A model generated the notes under the pieces. That model saw nothing but the letters and a program-made list of their open reading frames with translations, ran no database searches and was not told the origin of the DNA. Positions 32,270 to 44,287 of a stretch of DNA of 64,000 nt are shown in pieces. The position numbers and the translations under genes were made by a program. Origin of the DNA: Scenedesmus sp. PABB004 (Eukaryota); NCBI GenBank assembly GCA_014905635.1, contig CM026548.1, positions 992,001 through 1,056,000 on the forward strand, in the 5' to 3' direction. The first letter of the stretch is position 1; each line of letters starts with the position of its first letter.

Positions 32270-35260
32270 ATGCATCTTCCCTTGGCGACGCTCCTGATCG
32301 CGCTCCTGGCCTGCTCAGCGGCGCGGGCGCAGACAGAGGAGACGTATGAGGCAGACGCGCAGCAGGCGCTGAGCGGCGGCGCGCACGGGGGCGGCGGCGG
32401 TGCGGCGCGTGCGCGACAGCAGCGCGCGGCGCAGCTGGTGCAGGAGCAGCCGCAGTGGCCGCAGCAGCAGCAACTGCTGCAGGCGCAGCAGCGGCGGCGG
32501 GAGGACCCGCACCCCGACGCGCCCGGCCTGCGCGCGCTCGCGGCGAGCGTCTGCCCCAACTCGACCGCCTGCGGCCTCGCGGCCTGGGCCGGCGCCGGCT
32601 CGCCGTGCGGCTGGCCGGGCGTGCTGTGCCGCCTCGTCGGCGGCAGCTGGCGCGCCGTCGGCGTGCACCTGCAGCTGCCGGCGGCGGCGGTGCTGCTGCG
32701 CGACGACGCGCTGGGGCCCGACATCACGCCGCTGCCCTTCCTGCATGAGCTGGAGCTGCTCTGCACCGGCAAGCACGGCCGCGGCGGCGGCAGCAGTGGC
32801 CCAGGTGCGTGCGCGGCCCTGGGCCGGCGCCGGCTCGCTGTGCGGCTGGCCGGGCGTGCTGTGCCGCCTCGTGCGTGTGCGCGCCGCGGCCCGCCGCGCG
32901 GCCGACCGCCCCCCCCCTCCCTGCCCCGGCCCCCGTGCGCGCCCCGCAGCCCCGCCGCCACCGGCGAACGTGGCAGCCGTGCTGCGGGGCGACGGCAGCA
33001 GCGGCGGCGACGCGGCGGCCGCGGCGCAGGCAGCGCCGGCGCCCGGCGGCTGCGCGCGCTGCCGCGACGACGCGGCGGCGCCGGGCGAGCTGCCGCCGCG
33101 CTGGTTTGCGGCGCTGCCGTCGCTCCGCTACCTGCGGGTCTCCGGCTGCGGCGTGCGCGGGCCGCTGCGCGGCGGCGCGGTCGCGGCGGCGCGGCAGCTC
33201 ACGTCGCTCGTGCTGGCGCGCAACGCGCTGCGCGGCCCGCTGCCGCTGGAGCTGGCGCAGCTCCCGGTGCGCGCCGCGCACGCTGCTGCGGCCGCCGCCG
33301 CGCTGCGCCCCGCCGCCGACGCCCCGCGCGCGCTCTGCTACCCGGCTGCGCCGCGCGCAGGGGCTGGCGTTGCTCGATCTCAGCAGCAACGCCTTCACTG
33401 GCGAGCTGCCGCCCGCCTGGTCCGAGTTGGCGGAGTTGAGCTATCTCTACCTCCAGAGCAACAACCTCACCATCGCTGCGCTGCCCTGCGACTGGTCGGC
33501 CGGCATGGTGCGCGTGCCGCCACCGTCGCCGCCGCCGCGCCCTGGGTCCCGCCCGCCCACCCGCATCCGCCCGCTCGCGCGCAGCTGAGCCTGAAGCTGT
33601 CAGACCTCTCGGGCAACACCTGGCTGCGGCGCACCATCGGCGGGGCGGCGCCGGCGGCGCGCTGCCCGAGCGACGGCGCCCCCGGCGCGGCGCCGGCGCG
33701 GCGCGCGCTGCCGCCGCGGAGCAGCGCCGGCGGCGCCGGCGTCGCGGGCGGCGCGGCCGCCCGCGGCTCCGCGCTGCCGGCGCCGCGCTGCTGGCTGCGC
33801 CGCTTCTGCGCCCAGGAGGGCGCATTCATCTGCCTCGCCCGCCACCCCAAGCGCGGCGGCAGCTGCACCGCCTACGTGTACGGCTCGAGCGATGTCCACA
33901 TCGACGGCGCAAACCAGTGCGACCACGGCGGGCCGCACCTCGTCGCCGTGCCCGCGCTGTGGGCGGGCCTCGGCCTGACGCTGCTGCTGACCTGGCTGCA
34001 CCACTGCCGCCAGCTGCGGCGCGGCGCGGGGCCGGCGGCGGCGCCGCAGCAGCCGCAGTTCAGCCACCAGCGGCAGTGGCTGCTCACCGGCCCGCCGCGC
34101 GACGGCGACGCGCCGCGCGGCGGCGCCAAGCCCGGCGGCGCGCGCGGCCGGCACGGCGCCGGCGGCGACGACGACGCCACGCTGCCGCTGCTGTACCACG
34201 CGCCCTCGCGGCGCGAGGACGGCGCGGGCTACGCGATGCCGGCGAGCCCCGCGCACGCGGGCGCCGCGCCGTTCCGCGGCGCGGCCGGCAGCCCGCTGCT
34301 GCCGTCCGCGCTGGAGACGCCGCCGCCGCCGCCCGACGGCGCGCGCTACATGCTGGTCACCGGTTCGGCCTCCCTCGCGGCCGGCGGCGGCGCGCCGGGC
34401 GGCGGCGGCCGCGGCGGCGGCGGCCTGCCCGCCACGGGCGCGAGCCGCCTCGGCGGCGGCAAGGCCGCGCCGCCGGGTGCCGGCGCCGGCGCCGCCGCCG
34501 CGGGCGCCGGGGCCGGCGGGGGCCGCCTGGCGGGGCGCGCCGGCCAGCGCGGCGCCGGCGGCGACGGCCTCGGCGCGGGGGCGCTGCCGCTCGCGCTGGC
34601 GGTCGCCGATGTCGTGACCGACGTGCGGCTGCTGCTGCTCTGGGGCGTGTCGCCGCGCACGGCCAAGCTGTGGCCGAGCACCGCGCTGCTCGCGCTCGTG
34701 CTCGCCCCGCACCTGCTCGTCGGCGCGGTCACGCACTTCCGCCTGCTCGCCGCGGCGTGCCTGCCGCCCGCGCTGCGCAACGCGCCGCTCGCGGTCGCGG
34801 GCGCGCCCGCGGGCGGCGTGCTGACGGGCGAGGCGCTGCCGCCGGGGTCGGCCGGCATTGTGCGGCTCTACGGCTGCATCTTCGGCGCGCCCGCGTGGCT
34901 GGCGTACCCGCTCGCGCTCGCGCTGCTCGGCCCGGCGTGCTCGCGAGCACCGCGCTCTGCGCGGCGACGCTGCCGCTCGGCGCGCTCGGCCTCGCGGCGC
35001 CGGGCGCGGTGTCGCGCCACCTGCGCCTGCTGCGCGGCGCGGTCGCGCTGTCCGAGGCGCCCGGCGTGTCGGCGCTGCTGACCGCGCTCTTCCTGCTCGG
35101 CAACACGCCGCTCGAGTGGGCCTTCCTCGACGGCTCCCTCTATTACGTCACCCTCGCGACCAGCTTCGCCGACATGGCGGTCGCGTGGGCGCGCCACCTG
35201 GCCGACGCGCGGCGCGCCGGCGCGCTCGCCGCGGGCGGCCCGCCGCCCGCGCCCTGGTGA
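32270..35260 (+). CDS. Signal peptide + plant-type LRR ectodomain + TM helix + C-terminal multipass membrane domain; apparent frameshift near 34935
   Basis: MHLPLATLLIALLACSAARA signal, W...PCGWPGVLC cap, LTSLVLARNALRGPLP, LALLDLSSNAFTGELPPAW, LSYLYLQSNNLT, TM VPALWAGLGLTLLLTWL, then several hydrophobic helices. Confidence 0.78.
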
Positions 35261-36462
35261 GCGAGGCGCGTGCTGCCTGCCGCTGTCCGCGCGCCGGCGT
35301 CGCGGCCGGCGCCGTCGCGGGGCCGCGCGCACGGCCGCCGCCGGGGTGGCCGTTGTGCGCGTGTGCGGTGTGCTCGTCCCGTGCGTCACGCGAGCGCGCG
35401 CCGGCTGGGCGGCGGCGGCGCGTCTGGGCCGCCGGTCGTTGCGCTGGCCTGCTGCTGTGTGTCTGAGACCGGGTCGGCGCTGGCGCGCGAGAGTGAACCA
35501 CCACAGTGCCAGCGACCGCCGCACTGCACAACCAGCCGCGCACCGACCGCCAGGCGCAGCGCGCTCGGCAGGGGCTGGCCCCGGCGCAGCAGCAGGGGCG
35601 AATCCTGCGCCGGTGACGGCTGCCGCGGCGGCCCGGCGTGCGGCGTCCACGGCGAGGCGCCGGCGCGGCGCCGACCTACGCACGGCGTGCTGCGCTGCGT
35701 GCGCTCGCGCGGCGGGCACGCGAGCGCCGCCGAGTGCGGAGCCGTGTGCACGGGCTCGGACCACCTGCGGCGCGCGCGGCCTGCTCGGCAGCCTGTCACG
35801 GGGTGCGGCAGGGCCCGCCAACAGCGCAGGCGCCCCCGGCCCGCCGCAGAGTGCTGGTTAGAGGACGCGCTTCTTAGGAGGCACGAGACGGCTAGGAGCG
35901 CGTTCAGCGGAGGTGGTGCGGGCGAGGAGGTGCGCGGTGCCGCCGAGGCCAGCAGCTGCAGGCGCATGGCGCGGGCGTCCTCCACGCGCTCCGTCGGCTG
36001 CTGATCGGGTGCGCCAGGGGCCGCGTGGGGCGAGCGGCGGGCCGGAGCGTTCTGGGCTGGGCGGCCTGCCGCGGCTGCGGGCCGGTCGGGGCCGCGTTTG
36101 GCCTCGGCGGTGGGATCATGGCCGCGGGGAGGGGGCGCGGCGCCGCCGGGCGCGCGCGCAACGGGCCGAGGTGGGGATGGTGATGATTGCGGCCGCTCGG
36201 GGCGGGGGCCGCCGTTGGCGCGCCTGCCGCGCCCCGCCTGACCCGCCGCGCCCGCCCCGCCACCCCCTCGCGCCCCCAGGTGCCACCCGGACTTGGCGCC
36301 CCGTTCCGTGAGGGAGGCTCGCCGGCGAAGTGAGCTCGGCCGCCCCTTTCTCCAGCGGAGCGCAGGCGCCTTGGCTTGAACGGGACGCAGCAGCGGCGGC
36401 GGCAGCAGCAGCAGCAGCAGCAGCGGCAGCAGCAGCGGCGGCCGCGCCCACTCGCAGGAGCG

Positions 36463-38588
36463 ATGGCCGCGCCCTACGCCTCGGCGGCGGGCCTCATCAA
36501 GCCGCCGCCCGAGCTCGGCGCCGGCGCCGGCGGCGGCGCGCCCGGCGGCGGCCTGCCGCGCGTGCGCAGCGCCGCGGCGCTCGCCGCGGCCGCGACGGCC
36601 GCGCCGCCGCCGGGCTCGTCGCGGCAGGGCAGCGCGAACAGCAGCTACTTTGACGCGGGCAGCGTCTACGACGCCTGCTGCAACAGCCGCGACGCGTTCC
36701 TGCTGCCGGACGAGCTCGACGAGGCGCCGTTCAGCGCCGGCGCCGGCGCGGGCGCGCTCGCGCCGTGCGGCGGCGCGCCCGGCGCCGCGTGGGCGGGCCT
36801 CACGCCCGGCGCGGCCGCGGTGGCGCGCAGCCCGCTCGTGTCGGCGAGCACCGTGGCGGCGCTCATGGAGGAGGAGGGCACGCCGAGCCTGGACCTGCTG
36901 CAGCTCGACGGCCCGCTCCCGGGGCCGGGCAGCAGCCCGTTTGGCTGCCCGGGGCTCATGGACGCGCTCCACCCGACGCACGAGGACCCCGCGGCCACGC
37001 TGCTCGCGCTGTGCGGGCCCGGCGGCCAGCCCCCGCACGGCGACGGCGGGGCGGCGCTGTTTGGCGCGGCCGCCGGCGACGCGCGCGCGCAGCGCGCCGG
37101 CGGCATGGTCAGCCTCACCGCGTCGATGGCCGCCGCGGCGGCGCTGCGGCGCGGCGGCGCGCCGCCCCCGGGCGCGATCGGCAGCAGCAACAGCAGCCCC
37201 GCGCACCACGCGGGCGCCGGCGCCGGCGGCGGCGGCGGCGGCGCGGCGGCGGCGCTGGCGCGCGCGCCGCACCCGCAGCAGCTGTACCGCCTCGTACTGC
37301 TCGACGGCTCCACGGGCGCGCCCATGGACGGCGCCGCGGCGGCGGCGGACGCGCAGCGGCTGTCAGCAATGATGGGCAGCCCGGTCAAGGCGCCCGGCGG
37401 CGCCGCGGCCGCAGCGGCGGCGGCGCGGCCGCGGCCCGGCGCGGCGCGGCCCAGCGTGCGGCCCAGCGCGCGGCCCGGCGCCGCGGCGGGCGGCGCGGCG
37501 GGCGCGGCCGGGCGCGGCGGCGTCGGCGTGCGCAAGAGCGCTGCCAACGCGGCGCTCGTGGCGGCCGCGGTCGCGGCGGTGGACGACACCTTCAGCGGCG
37601 TGACGCGCCCCAGGCCAAAGAAGGCGAGCAAGCCGGCCGGCGTGCGCAAGGTCGCCGGCGCCGGGCGGCCGGGGCGGCGGGCGGCAAGCCGGCGGCGGCC
37701 AAGGCGGGCGCGGGCGCGCGAAAGGCGGCTGGCGCAGCGGTGGCAGCGGCCCCGGGCGCGCTGGCGCCGCTGCAGGCGCTGGCGCAGCCCGCCGGCAACT
37801 CGGCGGCGGCGGTGGGCGCCGCCTCGCGGCGCGGCAGCGAGGCGGGCGAGACGGCGGGCGCCAGCGGCGACGCGGCCGCGGCGGCGGCGGCGGCCTCCGC
37901 CCCCGCCACGCCCGCGGCGGCCGACTCTGGCAGCGGCGGCGACAGCAGCAACGACAGCGCGCACACGCAGCTGGGCGACAGCGCCAAGGCCGCGACAACG
38001 CTCGCGGCGGCGACGGCGCTGGACGCGGGGCCCGCGCTGGCGGCCAAGCCGGCGCAGCGGCCCTTCCACCACAAGGGCGGCGGCCCCTGCGACCACTGCG
38101 GCGTCCTCGGTGCGCGCCGTGCTGCGCATGCCCGCGCCGGCGAGCCCGAGCCGGGCCGCGAGGCGCGTGCCGCCGCCGCTGCCGCGCCCTGCTCACCCTC
38201 GCGCTGCTGCCGCCCGCGGCCCCGCCTCGCAGAGTCGCCGCAGTGGCGGCGCGGCCCGCCTGCCAAGCCCATCCTCTGCAACGCGTGCGGCACGCGCTAC
38301 CGCCGCACTCACAACCTGGGCCCACCCATCCCTAGCTCGGGCCGCCCCGGCGGCGGCCGCCAGCCTGCCAGCAGCACTGCCAGTCAGGGCGGCGGCAGCG
38401 GCGGGCGCAAGCGCGCCGCGCCGACGGCCGCGCCCGCGGCGGCGGCCGCGCCCATGCCCGCGGCCGCGCTCGCGCCCGCGGCGGCCGTCGGCGCCGCCGG
38501 CGGCGCGGGCGGCGTGCACACGGGCACGCGCAGCTCCAGCAGCCCGGCGACTGGCAGGCGGCCGGTCCTCAAGATGGCGCGCTCCTGA
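36463..38588 (+). CDS. GATA zinc-finger transcription factor; intron 38110-38232; apparent frameshift near 37670
   Basis: CDHCGVL/ESPQWRRGPPAKPILCNACGTRYRR = C-X2-C-X18-C-X2-C. Confidence 0.88.
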
Positions 38589-40042
38589 GCGCGCTGCAGG
38601 CGCTCTTTGACCCCGGCTGGGGGCCGGCTGAGGGGCGGCTGATGGGCGGCAGGGCCAGGGGCGGGGCCGCGCGCGAGCTGCGCGCGCGGCGCGGGGCGGC
38701 GCCCGCACGGGGCGCCCGCCGCCGGCCGGCTGACCGGACACCTGACGTGACGGGGGGCCAATCGGCGCCTCGGCGGCCGTGCGCTGCGCCACGCCGCGCC
38801 GGCTGAGCAGTGCCGTGCGCGTGCTGGCGTGCGTGGTTTGGGGGGCTTTGGGGGGCCAGCAGCGGCCGCGCCCGCAGCTGCTGGCGCGCACCGCTGCTGC
38901 TGCGCGTTCGTGCGTGCGTGTGGTGTGGCAGTGAACCAGCGTCCCTGGTTGGCGCTGCGAGCGAGCCTTGGCAGCCGGGCGCCGCGCGCGCGCGCCCGCG
39001 GGCGGCGCACCCCGCCGCCCCGCTGCGCGCACCGGGCCCGGCAACTCCACTCGCGCAGGGTGCACGGCCTTTTTGGCGCTCGCCTGTGGCCCCAGGCCTG
39101 CGACGCATGGCTGGCAACGCTGCATCACTGACGGCGCGGCCTGCACAGCGCAGGCAGCGTGGCGCCGTACGCGGCTCGGGCGGACGCCCGCCCGGCCGCC
39201 ACAGCTCGCGCTGCGCGGCCGCCGCGCGGGCCGCGGGGAGGGGGGAGGGGGTGCTTTGTCGTCGTTGTCGCCGGCACCTCGGCGCGTCGTGGTGCTCAGA
39301 CCCTGGTGTCGTGGCCTCCCGCAGGCGTCGCCCGTCGCTCTCTCTGTCTCACGTGCCCCTGTTGTTGTTGATTTGTCCCGCCGGTGGTGGGTTGGGCGGG
39401 TGTGCCGGCTGGCTGGGGGGCGGGGTGCGCGCAGGAGGGTGCCGCCGCAGCGTGCTGCCGCTCGTCGCATCGCATGTGTGTGCTGTGCATGCGTCTGTGC
39501 GCGTCCCCGCACTCGCGCCGCCCGTCCAGCGCGCGCAGCCACTCTGCTCCTTCTCATCTTGATTGCTTGGCCGGGGCCGCCGGCGCGCGGGTATAGGCTG
39601 CACTGACGCTCGGGCGTGGGGGGGGGGGGGGGACGGACGGACGGACGCGCGGCGGGCGGGCGCGGCGGCGGCGGAAGCCCGCGGCCGCGCAGCAGGGCGC
39701 GCCGCCGCGCCCGCCCGCCGCGCGGCGCGCCGCGAGCGCGGCGCCGGCATTGTTTGCGTGCTACTTAGCTCGGGCGCACCAAACAGCAAGCAACGACGGG
39801 GCGCGGGGATGGGCTGCGGTGAGCGCGCGGACCTCGGACCTGCGCCGCGAACGGCGCTTTTGCGGGCTGTCGGCAGGGTTTGGTGAACACAGAGCCGTCT
39901 GCTCTGGCGCCGTCTTCGCAGCGCCCACGACCGCCCGCCCCAGCCACCGCACCGCACCGCACCGCACGCTGCACTGCTTCCCATCTCTCGTCGCCGCCGC
40001 CGCCTGCCTGCTCCGCGCCCCGGCCTGCTCCGCGCCGGCCCG

Positions 40043-40696
40043 ATGGCGCTCCTGCGCGCAGCGCGGCCGCTCAGCGTCGCTCTGGGCCGGGCGCCGGCGC
40101 TCGCGGGCTTCAGCAGCAGCAGCACCAGCGGCGGTGGCAGCAGCGGCAGCAGCCCCGACGCCCAGCAGGCAGCGGCGGCCTCGCCCAAGCCCGGGCTGCC
40201 CGCCACGCAGGTGATCCCGCTGCCACGCGCGCGCCGGAGGCCGCCCCGCCCACGGCAGCGCTCGCGCGCTCACGCGGCTGCGGGCTGCGGCCGCGCCGCG
40301 CCGCGCCGCGCGCAGGAGCCGAGCAGCAGCGGCGCGACGGAGGAGTGGACCGAGGTGGTCGACGAGGCCACGGGCGGCACATACTACTGGAACCAAAAGA
40401 CGGGTGCGCGGCGGCGCGGCCGCCGTTGCCGACGTCCGCCGCGCGCTGGCCCGTCGACGCCCGCCGCCCGCCGCCCGTTGCCCGCGCCGCGCCGCGCCGC
40501 AGGCGAGACCACGGAGCTGGGCGAGCCGCGGCCGTCGTCGCGCTTCCGCGACTCCAGCTGGGAGCAGGCGGGCGGCACGGGCCCGTTCCAGGAGGGCTGG
40601 CGCGAGCCGCCGGGCGCGGACCACACCTATTACTACAGCTTTATGGGCGTCTGCGTCGGCGTGCTCGCGGGCTGGTGCACGCAGTACATGCACTAG
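40043..40696 (+). CDS. Small protein with mitochondrial-like presequence, degenerate WW-like domain and C-terminal hydrophobic helix; 3 exons
   Basis: MALLRAARPLS...; EEWTEVVDEATGGTYYWNQKT/GETTELGEPRP; FMGVCVGVLAGW. Stop TAG 40694-40696. Confidence 0.72.
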   Translation: MALLRAARPLSVALGRAPALAGFSSSSTSGGGSSGSSPDAQQAAAASPKPGLPATQVIPLPRARRRPPRPRQRSRAHAAAGCGRAAPRRAQEPSSSGATEEWTEVVDEATGGTYYWNQKTGARRRGRRCRRPPRAGPSTPAARRPLPAPRRAAGETTELGEPRPSSRFRDSSWEQAGGTGPFQEGWREPPGADHTYYYSFMGVCVGVLAGWCTQYMH

Positions 40697-41436
40697 GAGC
40701 AGGCGCCCGGGTTGAGGCTGAAGGGGGGAGCTTGCCGGCGAAAGGGAACGAGTGCACGCTGCTCGCACGCGCCCCGCGCGACAGCCCGCGCGCGCGCGGC
40801 CGCGCCCGTCGGCGCGCACTGCGGCGGCGGCCAGCTCCTGAACAACAGTCCGTTGCCTGGCTGCCTCGGGCAGCCCGCAGGAGCGCTCCCGCTCGAGGCC
40901 GTGCGGCGGCGCCGCCGCGGGGCGCAGGCGCGGGGCGCAGCGCTTTGATGTCCCCAAGGGCCGGCGGCGCCGCCGGCGCCGCACCTTTTCAGCGCGCGAC
41001 CCGGCTGGCGAGAGGAGCGCGCTCGCGGGTGCTGAGGGGCGGCAACACCAGGCCCCGGCACACCGGCAGCGCGGCGCAGCGCGGACAGATCTGCTGCTGC
41101 CGCGACCTCCGCCCAGGCGCGTGCGGGGCGCGCATGGCGCCGCGCGGCCTTCCGGCGCGCGCAGCACGCTGGGTCGGGCGCAACCGGCGCCGCGGCGGCA
41201 GCGAGCAGGCAGCAGGGGCGGGCGGCACCAGCGACCTGCGGGCCTCTCCGGAGGCCCCCCCTGCGCGCTGCCTGGCCAGCGGGCTGCGCCCACGCCGTGG
41301 GAAACGCTGACAGAAGCACGGGGCAGCGGGGTCAGGCGCCGTGCGGGCGCGTGTGCTTCCGGGGGCGACGCCAATCATCGAGCTGCCTTCGGGTCCCGCT
41401 GTCCGCGCGGGCCGCAGGATTCCGACCCGGAGCGCC

Positions 41437-43121
41437 ATGGACGCCATCATCACCGCGACCCGGCCCGCCTTCCCGGCGGGCCTGCGGGTGCTGCTGCTCG
41501 ACGCGGGCGCGGACGAGGCGGCGGCGACGGCGCGCCTGCTCGCGGCGCACGCGTACGACGTGACCGTCGCCCAGGACCTGCGCGCGGCGCTGTCCGCGCT
41601 CCAGGCGGCGGGCGCGGCGCGGAAGCGCGCCCGCGACGGCGACGCCGCGTCGGCGCACGCGCCGCTCGACGTGGTGCTCGCCGACGTGGCCGCGCTCGGC
41701 GCGGGCGGCGCGGCCGGCGCGGGCGCGGCCCGCCTGTTCGCATGCGCGGGGCGCCAGCTGCCGGTGGTGCTCATGGGCGCGGGCCTGAGCCCCGCGCAGG
41801 TGCTCGCCGGCGTGCGCGCGGGCGCCGCCGACGCGCTCGCCAAGCCGCTCGCCCACGAGAAGCTGGTGCGCGGCGGCCGCGCGGCAGGGGCGCGGGCGGG
41901 GCCAGGGGCGCGGGGCGCCAGGGCAGGGCGGCGCCCGCGCGCGCGACGCGCCGCGCGCCTCACCCGCCGCCGCGCTCGCCGCCGCAGGCCAACCTGTGGC
42001 AGCACACCGCGCACGTGCTGCTCGGCGCCGCGCCGCCGGCGTCGCCGCGCGCGGGCGCCGCCGGGTGCGCGCGCGAGGCGAAGCGCAGCCGCGGCGGCGC
42101 CGGCGCGCCCACCGCGGCGCCCCCCCTCGCGGAGCCCTGCGCGGACGAGCGCGCTGACGCGGGCGGCGCGCTCGACCTGGGGCTGGAGCTGCCGCCGCTG
42201 ATGGCGTCGCACCTCTCGTTCGACCCCGACCTGATCCTCCTAGACCTCGGCTGCCCCATGACGCCCGACGAGCCCAGCCTGGACGACATCCTGCTGCCCT
42301 GCAGCCCCAGCGGCGGCAGCCGCCGCGGCGACGGCGGCGCGGACGCCCTGCTCGGCGGCGCCAGCGCGTTTGGCGGCGCGAGCAGCGACCAGCACGGCAG
42401 CGGCGCGACCGTGTTTGGCGTCGACGCCCTCGACGCGGACGCCGACACGAGCTCGCGCCGCGGCGCGCCACCGCCCCTGCACAGCGGTGCGCCACCGGCG
42501 GCGCACGGGCGGGCGCCGCCCGCGCCGCGCGCGAGCGCCTGGCGCTCCAGCTCACGCGCCCTGGCGCCCGCCGCGCCGCGTGCGCGTCCCGCAGGCCTGC
42601 GCAGCTGCGCGAGCATCCGGAGCGCGGCGGCGAGCACGGCGGGCGGGCGTCTGCCCGCGCCCGCGGCGGCCGGCCCCGCGCCCGCGGGCGCTGCGGCAGC
42701 GGCGGCGCCGGCCACGGCGACCGGTCCCTTCTGGGGCGCGGCTCCGGGCACGCGCGGCATGGTGTGGGGCCTGCCCATCCTCAGCGTTGCGACCGCGCCG
42801 GGCCTGGTGTGCGCCCCCGGCGCGCCGCCGCCGCTGCCGCCGTTTGGCGCGTGCGGCTGGCCGATGATGATGGCGCCGCTGCCTTGGATGGTGGCGGGCC
42901 CTCCGCCAGGCCTCGCGGCGCGCCCCGCCGCGCCGACGCCGGGCGCGCTCTGCGCAGCGCCGGCGGGCGCGTGCGCGCCCGCCGCGCCGCCGCTGCCCGC
43001 CAGCCCCCTCGGCGGCGCGGCGCCCGACGCCGGCATCTGCCGCGGCGGCAGCGCTGCCAGCTGCACCAGCCTGCTGCTGCCCTCGGACCTGCTCGTTGGT
43101 GGCTCGCCCCTCGTGTGCTGA
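41437..43121 (+). CDS. Atypical response-regulator receiver protein (plant RR/APRR2-like receiver, no recognisable output domain)
   Basis: FPAGLRVLLLD...YDVT...DVVLADV...LPVVLM...GAADALAKPL..EKL/ANLWQH; intron 41866-41987; Pro/Ala-rich C-terminus. Confidence 0.78.
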
Positions 43122-44287
43122 GCTGCTCGGGAGCTCTGATGGCGGCCGGCGGCCACGGCCCCGCGGCTCCTCTGACCGCTGCACGTTGCTGCCGGCGCGC
43201 CCGCAGTCGCGCGGGCGTGCGCAGCCCTCCAAGGCCGCGCGTGCGGCAGGCGCAGCCAGCGCGGGCCGCACGCCGGCCTGACTACTACACTCGCTCGCCA
43301 GGGTCGCGCCCAGCGCCCGCGCGCACAAATCAAACAACGAACCCTCTTTAGACGCACCGTGCTCTGCCCTGGCGGCGGCGGCGAGGGCCGGCGCCGCACC
43401 GACCGCGCGCTCAACGCAGCGGCGGCGGGTGGCCCGCGCCCTCCGGCCTGTGCCGCCTCTCGACGGCCGCACCGCGTGCACCGCGCGCACCGCGCCGCCT
43501 GCTGCGGCGCGCAGTTTTGACTGATCATTTGGTTGGTTTTGAGCGCGGCGCGCGCCGGCGGGTCCCCGACCCCCGACGCCGCCACCTCGGACCCGCATCG
43601 TGTGCGTGTGCTTCGTGCTGCAGCATTGAAAGAAAGAAACGTGGCTGGGGGCGGCAGCCCGAGGAGGAGGAGGAGGTGGCGCAGCGGGGCTGGGGCTTAG
43701 GGGCTGCGGACCAGCACTGGGCGCGCGCGTGAGGGCGTCGGCCGCCGGACGTGGCCGCGCCGCTCACGCGCCGCGCCGGGCCGAGCGAGCGTTGAGCGCG
43801 TGTGTCGCGCATGGCCGCCGGGGTGTGCGCTGCTGCTGTTTGCTGCGCGCGCGCGCGCGCGCGCGCGCCTGCCAAGAATTCAGGCCGCGCGCCGGCGGCC
43901 CGCGCAGGATGACCGACCGACTGCAGCAGCGCGCGGCAGCGTGCGCCTGTGTGTGTGAGCTCGTGGGGGCGCGTGCGCCCGGCACTGGTCGTGGGCGCCT
44001 GCATCGCGGTCAGCATAGCGTGTGGGTGCGGCCGAGGAGCCGGCCGCCGCTGCAGTGTGTGTGCTTGGAGCAGTGTGCCGTAGCGCGCTCTGTCGTTCGT
44101 TTTGTTGGCGCGTGCGTCGAGGTTGCGGGGCGCCGGCCGCGCTCGGTGGCGGCGCGCGGGGCTGCGTGCCCTGCTCGCTCTGCCTCTGCCTGGACCGACG
44201 GGCCGTGGACCGCGTGTTATGTGCTGCGCCGCGGGGGCTGGGGTCGCCCAGTAACGCCGCCGCGCGAGCCTCCAGGCGACCGACCGG

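Noticed and set aside
38589..40042. Hidden gene or ncRNA in the long gap after the GATA gene (also 35261-36462 and 62574-63500)
   Set aside because: No exon-like codon pattern or recognisable RNA family. More T-rich composition fits long UTRs or promoters; small genes cannot be excluded without transcript data.
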